64,000 nucleotides of DNA from Cyanobacteria bacterium QS_4_48_99 (GTDB lineage Bacteria; Cyanobacteriota; Cyanobacteriia; Cyanobacteriales; Rubidibacteraceae): positions 531 to 64,530 of the forward strand of contig PXPT01000182.1 of the NCBI GenBank assembly GCA_003021505.1, given 5' to 3'. Positions 1-10,323 of the stretch are shown here, piece after piece; position 1 is the stretch's first letter, and each line of letters starts with the position of its first letter. The translations under genes were made by a program, and so were the position numbers. The notes under the pieces were generated by a model that was given only the letters and a program-made list of their open reading frames with translations, did not search any database and had not been told where the DNA came from.

Positions 1-1
1 C

Positions 2-184
2 CATCCTATCGAAAGAGTCTGGCACTAGATGAAGGAGTTTCTGAGTTGGGAACTCTTTGATTCTCTAGAAGAACTGCGCCTGCAAGTTAGAACAATCATT
101 GAACCAGAATTGTCTCCAACAGTGATCACATCTCTGACAGGACGCACCTCTCTCTTCTCCAGCTTAAGTATTGCAGGTATTTAG
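2..184 (+). pseudogene. 3'-terminal remnant of an IS630/Tc1-mariner-type DDE transposase gene (5' part outside the window; in-frame TAG at 26-28)
   Basis: The frame starting at nt 2 reads HPIERVWH*MKEFLSWELFDSLEELRLQVRTIIEPELSPTVITSLTGRTSLFSSLSIAGI*. The (N/H)PIE.VW..(L/M)K block near the C-terminus is typical of IS630-family transposases. Confidence 0.5.
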
Positions 185-194
185 CAAAATAGTA

Positions 195-270
195 TCACCA
201 AAAGCAAGGAAGGTCGGGGTGACAGTCATTAGCACGTAGTCAGCGCGTTAGCACTAATGACTAATGACTT
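195..270. repeat. STRR-like heptamer arrays in inverted orientation (GTCATTA / TAATGAC type)
   Basis: The sequence 'gacagtcattagcac...gttagcactaatgactaatgac' uses the same heptamer family as 58355-58454. Confidence 0.7.
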
Positions 271-276
271 CTTTAA

Positions 277-750
277 TCAAGCAACAGTTGTCAACCCATT
301 GAAATAATCTTGCAACTGTCGTTCGTGATCGTGGCGGAGGTTGCCTAAAGGTAGGGCATGGGAGACAAAAGCCTGAACTTCCGAGACTTCTATTGTATCC
401 TGAGCCTGCATGATTCCTTCGACGTCGGCTTCTATGGCAACACTAATTGAATGCACTCTGGGATCGCGCTCTGGTGTTGAGTAAACGCCTACTAAACGGC
501 GAATTTTTAGTAGTTCTAATCCCGTCTCTTCTGCTAACTCCCGACGCGCTGCGGTGGGAAGATCTTCGCCCCAATTCACGATACCGCCGGGTAAACTCCA
601 CTGACCTGTTTCCCGACCGCGAATCAAAACAATGCGACCATCAGGCAAGATGGGGATAATCGTCGCGCCAGTAACGGGATGGCGGAAAATAATTCCCAGA
701 ACGGTGGTGAGAAACTGCCATGTGCGATCCATAGATTTATTGATGGGCAA
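277..750 (-). CDS. NUDIX hydrolase
   Basis: 157-aa ORF with a Nudix box: GGIVNWGEDLPTAARRELAEETGLE. Confidence 0.85.
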   Translation of the reverse strand: MPINKSMDRTWQFLTTVLGIIFRHPVTGATIIPILPDGRIVLIRGRETGQWSLPGGIVNWGEDLPTAARRELAEETGLELLKIRRLVGVYSTPERDPRVHSISVAIEADVEGIMQAQDTIEVSEVQAFVSHALPLGNLRHDHERQLQDYFNGLTTVA

Positions 751-769
751 CCTCGTGGGTTACCCCCTC

Positions 770-2152
770 CTAACGGATTTGTGCGCGTGCCTGTTCCAGT
801 GCTTGACGGACTTGCTCGAAGCCAGTGCCGCCATAGCTATTGCGGGCAGCAACGACTTGGTTGGGAGCAATTGCCTCGTAAATATCTGCCTCAAATGCTG
901 GGTGTAGCTCCTTCCATTCTTCTAAAGTTAAATCTTTTAGGAGTTTACCCGCAGCAAGGCTTTTTTTTACCACCTTTCCAACTAGGTTATAAGCTTGGCG
1001 GAATGGTACGCCTCGCGCAGCAAGATAGTCGGCGACATCCGTAGCATTGGAGAAGTCCTCCGCAACTGCTTCTGCAAGGCGTTCCCCACGAAATTCCAGC
1101 CCCTCGCGCAGCAGAATCGTCATTGCTTCTAGGCACGCTTGGGTGGTTTTGACGCTATCAAAGAGGGGTTCTTTATCTTCTTGCAAGTCTTTGTTATAGG
1201 CGAGGGGTAATCCCTTCATTAACACCAGCATCCCTTGCAAGTGCCCAAAAACGCGACCAGATTTACCCCGTACTAATTCGGGAACATCGGGGTTTTTCTT
1301 CTGGGGCATAATACTTGACCCGGTGGCGCAGCTATCTTTGAGGGCGATAAAGCTAAATTCCTGAGATGCCCAAAGAATGATTTCCTCATTCAAGCGGCTC
1401 AGGTGAACTAGAGTTAGGCTGGCAGCATGGAGAAATTCGATCGCAAAGTCGCGATCACTCACTCCATCTAAACTATTGGCATACACTTGCTCAAACCCTA
1501 ACTGCGAAGCGGTGTCGTGTCGGTCAATCGGGAAGGTGGTTCCCGCTAGCGCCCCACTTCCCAGTGGCGAGATATTGGTTCGCTCTCGCACTTCCCCCAG
1601 CCGTTCCCAATCTCGCTGTGCCATCTGGAAGTATGCCAGCAGATGATGAGCTAAACTCAAGGGCTGTGCCCTTTGCAAGTGGGTGTAGCCGGGAATCAGG
1701 GTTTCGATGTTTGTTTCGGCTAAATCAAGGAGAACTTGTTGGAATTCGCGCACTTGGCTGCGGATTTGGTCAATTTGGTCACGTAGATAGAGGCGAAGAT
1801 CTGTGCCCACTTGGTCATTGCGCGATCGCCCGGTGTGTAATTTTTTCCCAACATCACCGACAATTTCGGTGAGCCTTCGCTCCACTGCAAAGTGAATATC
1901 CTCTGCCTCGATACCAGGGTTAAACTGGCCTTGCTGGTGTTCGGAGCGAATCTGCTCTAACCCTGCTACTAACTGCTGCGCCTCGGCTTCAGAGATGATG
2001 CCGGTATGAGCGAGCATCTGGGCATGAGCAATCGATCCGGTGAGGTCATAGGGGAGTAGCTCAATGTCAAACTCAATACTAGCATTGAAGCGAGCGATCA
2101 CAGGATGCAGGGCAGATTCAAAGCGATCACTCCAACTTTTTTGTTCACTCAC
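770..2152 (-). CDS. argH: argininosuccinate lyase
   Basis: 460-aa ORF with lyase-1 family signatures ([21 protein letters not shown]) over its full length. Confidence 0.95.
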   Translation of the reverse strand: MSEQKSWSDRFESALHPVIARFNASIEFDIELLPYDLTGSIAHAQMLAHTGIISEAEAQQLVAGLEQIRSEHQQGQFNPGIEAEDIHFAVERRLTEIVGDVGKKLHTGRSRNDQVGTDLRLYLRDQIDQIRSQVREFQQVLLDLAETNIETLIPGYTHLQRAQPLSLAHHLLAYFQMAQRDWERLGEVRERTNISPLGSGALAGTTFPIDRHDTASQLGFEQVYANSLDGVSDRDFAIEFLHAASLTLVHLSRLNEEIILWASQEFSFIALKDSCATGSSIMPQKKNPDVPELVRGKSGRVFGHLQGMLVLMKGLPLAYNKDLQEDKEPLFDSVKTTQACLEAMTILLREGLEFRGERLAEAVAEDFSNATDVADYLAARGVPFRQAYNLVGKVVKKSLAAGKLLKDLTLEEWKELHPAFEADIYEAIAPNQVVAARNSYGGTGFEQVRQALEQARAQIR

Positions 2153-2170
2153 GGCATTTGAACCTACAGT

Positions 2171-3637
2171 TTACTGAGAAGATTCTACCTGCATGACCAC
2201 CAGCGTCATGTCATCGCCATTACTGTTACCAGAACCAATAAACTGCTGCACCTGGTCAAACAAGTAATCGAGAATCGCTTGGGAATCCCGGTAGTGCTGA
2301 CAAGCCCACTGGAAAGCTTGGCTGAGGTTTTCCTCATCAAAGCGCGCGCCGTTTTGATTCACTGCATCTGTGAACCCATCCGTGTAATAAATAATTGTGT
2401 CGCCTGGGGCAAGCTGCACTTGGGCATTTTCGTACTGAGAATCCGTTTCTAACCCAATCAACATTCCCCAGCTATCCAAGCGTTGAATCTCGTTACAGTC
2501 TGCTTTCCACAACAAGGGAGGATTGTGAGCTGCGTTGCTGTAAGAAAGAATCTGCGTGTGAGGGTCGTACTCAGAATAAAATAGGGTGACAAATCGGTTA
2601 GAGTTATCCAAATCGTCGTACATCACCCGGTTGAGATGTTCTAGAATCTGCGCTGGTGAGTGACGGTTGGGAACCTCTGCCCGCAACATGCCCCGAGTCA
2701 TGGTCATAATTAAGCCTGCCGGAACCCCCTTACCCATGACATCGCCAATCACGATGCTCCAAGGGACAGAGCTTGCCGATTCTTGACTGTTACCCTCTCG
2801 GTTTTGCTGCTGGTTATAATTAGCGGGAATGAAATCGTAATAATCTCCCCCGACTCGATTGGCTGTTTTACAGTTGGCTGCCAGTTCCACGCCTTCAATT
2901 TGAGGGCATTGGTGGGGGAACAAATGGTGCTGAATATCGGAAGCAATTTCTAACTCCCGATCCAGGCGTTCTTTTTGGCGAAGTTCGCTAGTTAGATCAT
3001 TATTAGCTATTGCCACGGCAGCTTGGTCGGCTACCAACTGAACTAACTTTTGTCGGGTGGAACTCCATTCGTACTCGGAGTCGCGGCTAAAGACATAAAG
3101 ACGCCCTCTCTCGCTCCCTTTAACCAAAATCGGACTCCCAAATAGTTGAACATCTGAGCAGAGGAACTGCTTGAGATGCTCGTCGTTAAAGGATACTTTT
3201 GTTGTTTCTAACCGATTCCCGTTTTTTAGGGAACCATTCGCCCCAAGTGCTTTGCTAGAGGCAAGTGACTGGTCACTGGCTAAGGGAGTCATGAGTTGAG
3301 CGGTAGCGCGAAGCAACCCCTGGCGAACATCTTGGCAGGTCTGCTCGCCCTGGCAATGCAACTGTTCTAGGCGTACCTGACCATCTTGCTGGAACAGCAT
3401 CAGGGCACTACCCTCGGCGTCAGCTACCCGTGCTGCCATTAAGGGAATTAGCTCCAAAAACTGATTCAAGTTATTGAAGCTACGCAGTGCAAACCCAAGT
3501 GAAGTGAGCAAGTTTTGAATTTTGTACTGTTCTCGGTGCAAGTTCGCCACTAACTCTTTAAGTGTGGAGACGGGTACTTTTGTCGTAGCACCGTGATCAT
3601 CTTGGGGGGGCTGGCTTGGAAGAGGCACAGCAGTCAT
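2171..3637 (-). CDS. PP2C/SpoIIE-family serine phosphatase with an N-terminal GAF-like sensor region
   Basis: C-terminal motifs GGDYYDF, GDVMGKGVPAGLIMT, YYTDGFTDA and DDMTLVVMQV; about 230 aa of N-terminal sensory region. Confidence 0.85.
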   Translation of the reverse strand: MTAVPLPSQPPQDDHGATTKVPVSTLKELVANLHREQYKIQNLLTSLGFALRSFNNLNQFLELIPLMAARVADAEGSALMLFQQDGQVRLEQLHCQGEQTCQDVRQGLLRATAQLMTPLASDQSLASSKALGANGSLKNGNRLETTKVSFNDEHLKQFLCSDVQLFGSPILVKGSERGRLYVFSRDSEYEWSSTRQKLVQLVADQAAVAIANNDLTSELRQKERLDRELEIASDIQHHLFPHQCPQIEGVELAANCKTANRVGGDYYDFIPANYNQQQNREGNSQESASSVPWSIVIGDVMGKGVPAGLIMTMTRGMLRAEVPNRHSPAQILEHLNRVMYDDLDNSNRFVTLFYSEYDPHTQILSYSNAAHNPPLLWKADCNEIQRLDSWGMLIGLETDSQYENAQVQLAPGDTIIYYTDGFTDAVNQNGARFDEENLSQAFQWACQHYRDSQAILDYLFDQVQQFIGSGNSNGDDMTLVVMQVESSQ

Positions 3638-3906
3638 AGCATCAGACGTTTAATAGAAGTGAGTTAGAGCTTAATGTATGAAAAAGCACTATGATTAGTT
3701 AACATTACTGAAATCACTAATCACTGGGTTTACAAGAGCAGCATCAAGGAAATCAGCTACAGTTGCTGATTTTTGCTTAGTTTTGATACTGATTACAACG
3801 ATCTCGATCACCCCAGGCAGTTTCATAAATAACAATTAATTCCCTAACACAGAGTTGATAAATGGTAACGTCGATTAGGTTACTTGCCAATCTGCCCAGG
3901 GTGAGT

Positions 3907-3936
3907 GATTAGTGGTCAATTTAGTGACCACTATCA
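3907..3936. promoter_or_regulatory. 9-12 bp inverted repeat, candidate operator
   Basis: 'tgattagtggtca-atttag-tgaccactatca'. The perfect 9-bp arms tagtggtca/tgaccacta are separated by 6 nt, about 270 bp upstream of the phosphatase gene. Confidence 0.25.
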
Positions 3937-4004
3937 CATTTGCATTTAACCGACTCTTTCACTCCTCTAATCTGATCTAGGGTAGCTAAGGCTGACGGGG
4001 AGAA

Positions 4005-4170
4005 GGTAAGTGAGGAGTGAGGAGATGTTCTGTGCAGAGGTGCTCCAGGTGCGGAGGAAAGAAATTCAGAACTGACGCGCAGGACGGAGTCCCGGCATCG
4101 CAGAATTCAGAATTCGTGTTGCTCCTGGAGCTCCTGGAGCTCCCCTGCTCCCTTGTCCCACAGTTCCCCG
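4005..4170. repeat. Composite STRR-like repeat block downstream of ftsY
   Basis: Made of GTGAGGA units, 'cagaggtgctccaggtgcggagg', 'cagaattcagaattcg', CTCCTGGAG x2 and 'cccctgctcccttgtccc'. Its layout is related to block 5735-5892. Confidence 0.75.
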
Positions 4171-4182
4171 AGTCCTTTCTTT

Positions 4183-5670
4183 CTATCCACTGAGTAAGGC
4201 TTCTACAAACTCGTAGCTGGAAAAGGGACGTAAATCTTCAATCCCTTCTCCCGCACCAATGAAACGAATGGGTAGATTGAGCTGTTGAGCGATCGCCAGG
4301 GCAACGCCGCCTTTGGCGCTACTGTCGAGCTTAGTTAAAACCACGCCACTGAGTTTGACTGCCTCTGAGAACCCTTCTGCTTGACGCAGCCCATTTTGCC
4401 CCAGGGTGGCATCCAGAACCAAAAGAGACTCGATTTTAGCGCCTGGGGCTTTCTTATCGACGATGCGACGAATCTTGCTCAACTCCTCCATGAGATTTTT
4501 CTTGTTTTGCAAGCGTCCTGCCGTATCGACTAGGAGTAAATTGCTCTGGCGCGATTGCGCGGCTGCGATCGCATCATAGACAACGGCGGCTGGGTCAGTA
4601 TTTTTGCCGGGATTGGCAATCACGGAAACGCCACTGCGCTCTCCCCATGCTTTCATTTGTTCCACAGCAGCAGCACGGAAAGTATCGGCAGCGGCAATGA
4701 TGCAGCTATAGCCAGAATTCTGTGCCAAATGAGCAAGTTTGCCAATGGTGGTGGTTTTGCCAGAGCCATTCACACCCGCGATCAGCCAAATGTTGAGGGT
4801 ATCTTTTTCCGGGGCAAAGACCACGCGGGACTGATCCTGTAGGGGTTGGTCGAGTAAATCTCGGAGAACTTGTTTCAAGTAAGCAATCGCTTCCTCAGGC
4901 GGTAGGGATTCCTCCCGTACTCTCTCTTGCAAGGTTTGGATGATGTAATCTGTTGCCTCTACGCCCACATCCGCTTGCAGCAGCAGTGCCTCGATTTCGT
5001 CCACCGCATCTTGATGAAGCGGTCCCTGACCCACAACGGCTTTGAGCTGATTCACTAAACCGCGACGGGTTTTACCTAGCCCTCGGCGCAGTCGCTTCAG
5101 CCAGCTAAATTCTTCCTCGGAAACGTCTTCTGGCTGTCGCCCTTGTGCTGCCAGCACTTGTGCTGACCACAGAAACTCCTCATCAAAAGTGCCTTCCTCT
5201 TCTGACTCCTCTTCGGTGGCTGGTTCTGTTGCTGGAGTGGGCTGGGTTGATTCTTCCTCCTGAGTAGGCGTTTCCATCGCCGTTTCCTTGAGGCGTTCCA
5301 ACCCGTCCGACTTACGCATCCAGGCAGGGCGTGGGGATTGTTCTCTAACTTCCTCCCCTTCGGTGGCTGGTTCTGCCTCTGTAAATTCGGAGTTCGGAGT
5401 TGGGAGTTCAGAATTAGTTCCCAATTCCGAATTCTGCATTCCGAATTCGTTTGCCGTTTCTTCAACCTCTTGAGAAGAAGAAGCTGGTTCTTGCTGCGAC
5501 TGCTTAGAATCCTGAATATTTTGATAGGCAGCCTTTGCCCAACTCAGATAGTCTTCACTCCCTGCTGACTCACTCGGTGTCGGTTGCTCCGATTGCTGAG
5601 TAGATTCGGTGGGTTGCTGTTGTTGTTCGTCTTGTTGGGTGCGCTTACGGCGGCGGAACCAATTAAACAC
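4183..5670 (-). CDS. ftsY: signal recognition particle receptor FtsY
   Basis: The C-terminal NG domain has GVNGSGKTTTIGKLA, DTAGR and TKLD motifs. The long acidic N-terminal A-domain contains a heptamer-palindrome segment. Confidence 0.95.
   Translation of the reverse strand: MFNWFRRRKRTQQDEQQQQPTESTQQSEQPTPSESAGSEDYLSWAKAAYQNIQDSKQSQQEPASSSQEVEETANEFGMQNSELGTNSELPTPNSEFTEAEPATEGEEVREQSPRPAWMRKSDGLERLKETAMETPTQEEESTQPTPATEPATEEESEEEGTFDEEFLWSAQVLAAQGRQPEDVSEEEFSWLKRLRRGLGKTRRGLVNQLKAVVGQGPLHQDAVDEIEALLLQADVGVEATDYIIQTLQERVREESLPPEEAIAYLKQVLRDLLDQPLQDQSRVVFAPEKDTLNIWLIAGVNGSGKTTTIGKLAHLAQNSGYSCIIAAADTFRAAAVEQMKAWGERSGVSVIANPGKNTDPAAVVYDAIAAAQSRQSNLLLVDTAGRLQNKKNLMEELSKIRRIVDKKAPGAKIESLLVLDATLGQNGLRQAEGFSEAVKLSGVVLTKLDSSAKGGVALAIAQQLNLPIRFIGAGEGIEDLRPFSSYEFVEALLSG
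5384..5450. repeat. Palindromic heptamer array (GAGTTCG / CGAATTC type) inside the ftsY coding sequence
   Basis: 'aaattcggagttcggagttgggagttcagaatt-agttccc-aattccgaattctgcattccgaattcg'. It is translated as NEFGMQNSELGTNSELPTPNSEFTE. Confidence 0.7.
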
Positions 5671-5734
5671 AGTTGCACCTACTTGCTTGGCGGAATTTCA
5701 CGAAAGTAGAGGGTGGAAGTCGCTTCGCTCCCAG

Positions 5735-5892
5735 GAGTTGGGGAAGAGGGGAGACAGGGAGATAGGGGATGAGGGGTGAAAAGTGCGGAGGTGCTCCAGG
5801 CGCGGAGGGGAAATAGTTTCCTATGCGTTAGTTACTCTCCTCAGCCCCCTGCCCCTCTGCTCCCTTGTCCCCCTGTCCCCTTGCCCCCCCTA
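5735..5892. repeat. Composite STRR-like repeat block upstream of ftsY, overlapping the nusB 3' end
   Basis: GGGGAGA/GAGGGGT units, then 'aagtgcggaggtgctccaggcgcggagggg', then 'cccctgcccctctgctcccttgtccccctgtccccttgcccc'. Confidence 0.75.
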
Positions 5893-6517
5893 CTGTCTGG
5901 TCACTCACCCGTCGCAGCACTCCATTAATAAATCGGTGTCCCTCATCATCAGAGTAACGTTTTGCTAGTTCCACAGCTTCATTGATGGCAACTCTATCTG
6001 GAACATTAAGAAACGACATCTCTGTCACAGCAATTCGCAGTAGGGCGCGGTCAATCTGACTGAGGCGGTTTAACTGCCATTCGACTAGTGCGTCTGCGAT
6101 TTGTTGATCGATCGCTGGGCGCTTGTTTCCAAGTGTGCTTAAGATTTCTATAGTATAGTCACGCACTTCTTGCTGATTAGCCAGTTGAATGATTTCTGGC
6201 AGCTCCACCGCAGCGCCGACGCGATTAATCGCTGTTTGGGTCATCTCGATGGCTTCGCTCACCATCGCTCTGGCGCTCTGGACGCTGGTGGCTTGCGTTT
6301 CGCTGCTAAAGATGCGCTCGTTGCCACGCTTAATTTCTTCGGCAGCAAATTCTAGAGCGTCTTCAATTTCCCCGGTAAGGGCACGAACCGCAGCTAAAAC
6401 TACATCGTGCAACTCATGTTTGGCGAGTTTATCAGGATTTCTGCTGAGTTGACCCTGACTTAAAAGAGCCAACTCACGAGCGATGTGGCGGGGTTGTTGG
6501 CGAGTTGGCATGGGCAA
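5828..6517 (-). CDS. nusB: transcription antitermination factor NusB (with a repeat-derived Gly-rich C-terminal tail)
   Basis: 229-aa ORF with a NusB-like core ([11 protein letters not shown]..., [31 protein letters not shown]). The tail [20 protein letters not shown] is encoded by the repeat block. Confidence 0.88.
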   Translation of the reverse strand: MPMPTRQQPRHIARELALLSQGQLSRNPDKLAKHELHDVVLAAVRALTGEIEDALEFAAEEIKRGNERIFSSETQATSVQSARAMVSEAIEMTQTAINRVGAAVELPEIIQLANQQEVRDYTIEILSTLGNKRPAIDQQIADALVEWQLNRLSQIDRALLRIAVTEMSFLNVPDRVAINEAVELAKRYSDDEGHRFINGVLRRVSDQTVGGARGQGDKGAEGQGAEESN

Positions 6518-6550
6518 GAGGTGAGAATTACGAATTACGAATTATACTAA

Positions 6551-7285
6551 TTAGCTTTCTTCCTCGATGGGGAATGCTTGCGATTGGTTTTCGGGAGAAG
6601 TTTCGCGGGAGTCCTTACCTTTGTTCTTTTGAGACTTCTCAAGCGAAATGGGCACCGAAGGGGTGGGGTGGACAATGCCAGCAGAAATTAGCACCTTGAA
6701 AGCTTCTTCTATGGAGATAGAGAGGTTAATGACTTCATTTTCGGGCACCATAGCGTACCACCCTGTGGTGGGGTTAGGTGTTGTGGGAATGAAAAGACTA
6801 AGCATGGGGTTAGGGAAGTGAGATTGAAATTCACTGTTCACTCTTCCGGTGACAAAGGCAAGCGTCCACAATCCTTGGCGGGGATATTCCACCATTACTA
6901 CTCGGCGAAACTTGCTCTTAGAATCTTGTAAGATTGTTTCTAATAATTGCTTGAGGGTTTTATAAACCGAGCCAGCTAGGGGGATCGCTTGCAAAATCCG
7001 CTCTCCAAAATCTAATAGCCACTTCCCTGCGATATTGCGAGCCATCAAGCCAATCAGCAAAATAAAAGTTAGCGGTACAGCTAACCCGACTAATAGATTG
7101 ATTAGACCTGTCAGGATAGGGTGCAGTCCCTCAAAGGGGTTGATTTGCTGTGGAATCTGGGTGAGAAAGTTGATTACCCAGCTTGCGATGGTAAAGGTCA
7201 GCCAAATGGTAGTGGCTAGTGGAATGACGACTAGAAGACCTGCAATTAGATCGTTCTTTAAGCCTTGTTTATAGCGTTGGATCAC
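6551..7285 (-). CDS. DUF502-family membrane protein
   Basis: Two N-terminal TM segments and the block GKWLLDFGERILQAIPLAGSVYKTLKQ typical of DUF502. Confidence 0.7.
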   Translation of the reverse strand: MIQRYKQGLKNDLIAGLLVVIPLATTIWLTFTIASWVINFLTQIPQQINPFEGLHPILTGLINLLVGLAVPLTFILLIGLMARNIAGKWLLDFGERILQAIPLAGSVYKTLKQLLETILQDSKSKFRRVVMVEYPRQGLWTLAFVTGRVNSEFQSHFPNPMLSLFIPTTPNPTTGWYAMVPENEVINLSISIEEAFKVLISAGIVHPTPSVPISLEKSQKNKGKDSRETSPENQSQAFPIEEES

Positions 7286-7695
7286 AGAGTGCCCTCTCTT
7301 GACAATTAGATAGGAAAGTTATTCTGCTGCTTCAACTCATCAAGGAGTGAATGGGAAGTAGTTACTAGCATTTCCACTATACGGGAACTCAAGAAGCAGC
7401 TTTGCGTACTTATTCCTTCCATCTTTATTTTGTCAGGCTCGTAAAGAAATGTTGCAAGTTTTGGCATAAATGCAGAAGTCTGCTTATCGGACGGAGAGCG
7501 CCTCCTAGCCTAAGTTTGGGCAGACCTAACTTCTCATAAATATCAACTAAATTCCGCTCATATTCTAACATCGAGATGATTGCCACTTGGTTTTCGCTGG
7601 TTGTCTAACGCTCTGTAGTTTCCGTGTGAGCGGAAATGCAAACCCCCATAATAAAATTAGAAAGAGAAGAGAAGGCGCGTCCTGCTGTGAAATAG

Positions 7696-8418
7696 ATGGC
7701 AAAAATTGTTGAGGTCTTACCCACTCAGAAAGAGCTAACTGAGCGATCACTTACTGTGGTTCTTGAAAAAATGCAGACTGCTATAAGCGAGCGAGGCCAG
7801 TCTACCATCACCATAGCCGGAGGTGGAACCCCGAAGCCTTTGTACGAGGCGATCGCTTCTCAGTCCTTGCCTTGGGAGAAAATCCACGTATTTTGGGGCG
7901 ACGAACGCTATGTCCCCCCCGATCATCCTGACAGTAATCAGAAAATGGCTCGTCAGGCTTGGCTTGACCAGGTAAATTTCCCAGAAGAAAACATCCATCC
8001 CATGCCCACTGAAGCGGGCGATCCTGCAGCAGATGCCGAGAAGTACGAAGCCCAGTTGCAAAATTTTTTCCAAGTTTCTGCTGGGGAGTTTCCCGTTTTC
8101 GACATTATTTTACTTGGAATTGGGGATGATGGACATACCGCCTCTCTATTTCCCCACACAGAGGTGCTGAAAGTGCGCGATCGCCTGGTGAGTGTAGGCA
8201 ACAAGGATGGTAATCCTCGCCTCACGTTTACTGCTCCCTTAATTAACCATTCCCGCTGCGTCCTCTTTTTAGTTGCCGGTGCTGGCAAACAAACCGCCGT
8301 CAAGCAAATCTTTGCACCGAAAGGAGATGAGATGAGCTACCCAGCTCGATTAATCCAGCCAAGCGGGGAACTGTGGTGGCTGTTGGATCGTGCTGCTGGC
8401 GATGAAGTTGAAAGTTGA
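7696..8418 (+). CDS. pgl: 6-phosphogluconolactonase
   Basis: 240 aa with the motifs IAGGGTPKPLYE, FWGDERYVP and LLGIGDDGHTASLFP. Confidence 0.9.
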   Translation: MAKIVEVLPTQKELTERSLTVVLEKMQTAISERGQSTITIAGGGTPKPLYEAIASQSLPWEKIHVFWGDERYVPPDHPDSNQKMARQAWLDQVNFPEENIHPMPTEAGDPAADAEKYEAQLQNFFQVSAGEFPVFDIILLGIGDDGHTASLFPHTEVLKVRDRLVSVGNKDGNPRLTFTAPLINHSRCVLFLVAGAGKQTAVKQIFAPKGDEMSYPARLIQPSGELWWLLDRAAGDEVES

Positions 8419-8505
8419 ATGTTGAACGTTGTTCGGCGTAGCCGTTCCCGTAGGGTAGGTTAGTCATAACCTGCAACCTATAACCTGTAACCTGTAACCC
8501 TTACT
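8419..8505. repeat. STRR-like heptamer arrays (GTTGAAN ... AACCTGY)
   Basis: 'gttgaatgttgaacgttgttc' ... 'taacctgcaacctataacctgtaacctgtaaccc'. AACCTGC is the reverse complement of the GCAGGTT array at 45448-45476. Confidence 0.7.
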
Positions 8506-9720
8506 ATGCAAGCAAATTGGCGATTTGGTTCTTTATTTGGAATCCCTTTATATATAAATTCTTCCTGGTTTTTAATCTTAGCGTTGGTTACGATTTTCAA
8601 TGCGGGTAATTTCAATGCTAGCGGAGCTTTTCAAGGGAGTAGCCTATTTTTCGGCTGGATTGCTGGGTTTGTGATGGCGCTATTGCTGTTTGGCTCGGTT
8701 TTGCTACACGAGCTAGGTCACAGTTTAGTGGCAAAAGCACAAGGCATTCCCGTCAACTCAATTACCCTGTTTCTATTTGGTGGTGTCGCTGCGATTGGTA
8801 GGGAATCGAACACGCCGGGGAAAGCGTTTCAAGTGGCGATCGCTGGTCCAGTGGTTAGTATCGCCCTATTTGGTTTGTTCACAGTCGTGACACCTCTGTT
8901 TTCTGAGTCTAGCGCTACGCAGACTTTGGCGCTCAATCTTGCCAGGACTAATCTCGTTTTAGGGCTATTTAATTTAATTCCGGGATTGCCTCTTGATGGC
9001 GGACAGGTATTGAAAGCTGCTATCTGGAAACTAAATGGCGATCGCTTTGTGGGAGGGCGCTGGGCTTCCCGAATGGGTCAAGTTTTAGGCTGGCTGGCGA
9101 TCACACTGGGGCTAACCGGCGTGCTACTCACGGGTCAATTTAGTGCTGTTTGGATAGCCTTAATTGGCTGGTTTGTGTTGCGTAATGCCAGCGCTTACGG
9201 ACGAGTAACAAACCTGCAAGCCGCGCTTTTGCAACTGAGTGCAGCAGATGCCATGACTCGTGAGTTGCGTATTGTGGATGCGAACATGAGCCTACGCGAG
9301 TTTGCCGAAGAGTACATTCTTTCCGACACACACACCCCAAACCCTTACTATGCCGCTTCTGACGGGCGTTATCGAGGTCTAGTTAGAATCGAAGATTTGC
9401 ACTCAGTTGAGCGCAGCGAGTGGGAAAATCAAACTCTACATCAAATCGTGCATCCGCTGAGCGAAATCCCCACAGTACAAGAGAATGCGTCCTTGGCAGA
9501 GGCAATTAACACACTGGAGGAGAGCAGCGAGGATCGCATTACCGTTCTGTCCCCTGCTGATGCAGTGGCAGGGGTAATTGATCGCGGCGATATTGTTAAA
9601 GCGATCGCTTCTAAACAAGTGCTATCTGTTTCCGAAGACGAAATCAAGCGCATCAAAACCGAGGGTAGCTATCCTGAGAGTGTGCAACTAGAGGCGATCG
9701 CAAAAACGGCTATTGAATGA
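8506..9720 (+). CDS. site-2 protease family (M50) metalloprotease with a C-terminal CBS pair
   Basis: HELGH zinc motif in a TM segment, the LPLDGG motif, and a C-terminal CBS-like region. Confidence 0.85.
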   Translation: MQANWRFGSLFGIPLYINSSWFLILALVTIFNAGNFNASGAFQGSSLFFGWIAGFVMALLLFGSVLLHELGHSLVAKAQGIPVNSITLFLFGGVAAIGRESNTPGKAFQVAIAGPVVSIALFGLFTVVTPLFSESSATQTLALNLARTNLVLGLFNLIPGLPLDGGQVLKAAIWKLNGDRFVGGRWASRMGQVLGWLAITLGLTGVLLTGQFSAVWIALIGWFVLRNASAYGRVTNLQAALLQLSAADAMTRELRIVDANMSLREFAEEYILSDTHTPNPYYAASDGRYRGLVRIEDLHSVERSEWENQTLHQIVHPLSEIPTVQENASLAEAINTLEESSEDRITVLSPADAVAGVIDRGDIVKAIASKQVLSVSEDEIKRIKTEGSYPESVQLEAIAKTAIE

Positions 9721-9833
9721 TGAATGGAAAAAATCCGCAAATCAATTCATATAAACTTGTAAAGATATTTTCTCGATGCCTAGTTTGTTACAATAATTGC
9801 TCAAAATAATCAATAATCAATATCTAAATAATT

Positions 9834-10268
9834 ATGAGATCAATCTTATACGAGCAGGACTACTATATTTGGCTACAAAAAACAGCTCAACTCCTGCGTA
9901 ATGGAAACTTGAGTGAACTAGATACTTCCCATCTAGTTGAAGAAATTGAAGACATGGGCAGGAGTCAGAAACAAGCATTTGAGAGTAATTTAGTAGTAGT
10001 GCTGAAGTATCTGCTCACATATAAATATCAGCCAGAGATGCGTTCTGGGAGTTGGAAATTTTCAATTAGAGAACACCGTCGGAGGTTGCGTAAGCAATTA
10101 AAAGATAGTCCCAGCCTTAAGCCTTACTTCAGTGAAATGTTTGAAGAGTGCTATGTTGAAGCTAAAGCACAAGCTTCTGATGAAACTGGATTAGCAGTTG
10201 ATATTTTTCCCGAGCGGTCGCCCTTTCCCCCAGAGCAAACTCTAGATTCTGACTACTTACCAGGTTAG
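9834..10268 (+). CDS. DUF29-family protein
   Basis: LYEQDYYIWLQKTAQLLRNGNLSELDTSHLVEEIEDMGRSQK is the typical DUF29 N-terminus (a cyanobacterial multi-copy family). Confidence 0.7.
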   Translation: MRSILYEQDYYIWLQKTAQLLRNGNLSELDTSHLVEEIEDMGRSQKQAFESNLVVVLKYLLTYKYQPEMRSGSWKFSIREHRRRLRKQLKDSPSLKPYFSEMFEECYVEAKAQASDETGLAVDIFPERSPFPPEQTLDSDYLPG

Positions 10269-10323
10269 CTAGGGAAAAGAAATTAAGGAGTAAGTTAAAG
10301 GTAATTTTTCAACTTAGCAGAAC

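Noticed and set aside
3759-3787. Hairpin aaatcagc-tacagtt-gctgattt followed by ttgc, considered as an sRNA or ftsY terminator
   Set aside because: The stem is AT-rich and weak. The T-run is largely part of the stem on the plus strand and absent on the minus strand. No promoter or conserved element supports an sRNA call.
5097-5568. Alternative-frame ORFs (122, 61 and 76 aa) inside the ftsY A-domain region
   Set aside because: They are low-complexity products of the repetitive acidic-domain sequence. The FtsY frame is continuous and ends in a canonical NG domain.
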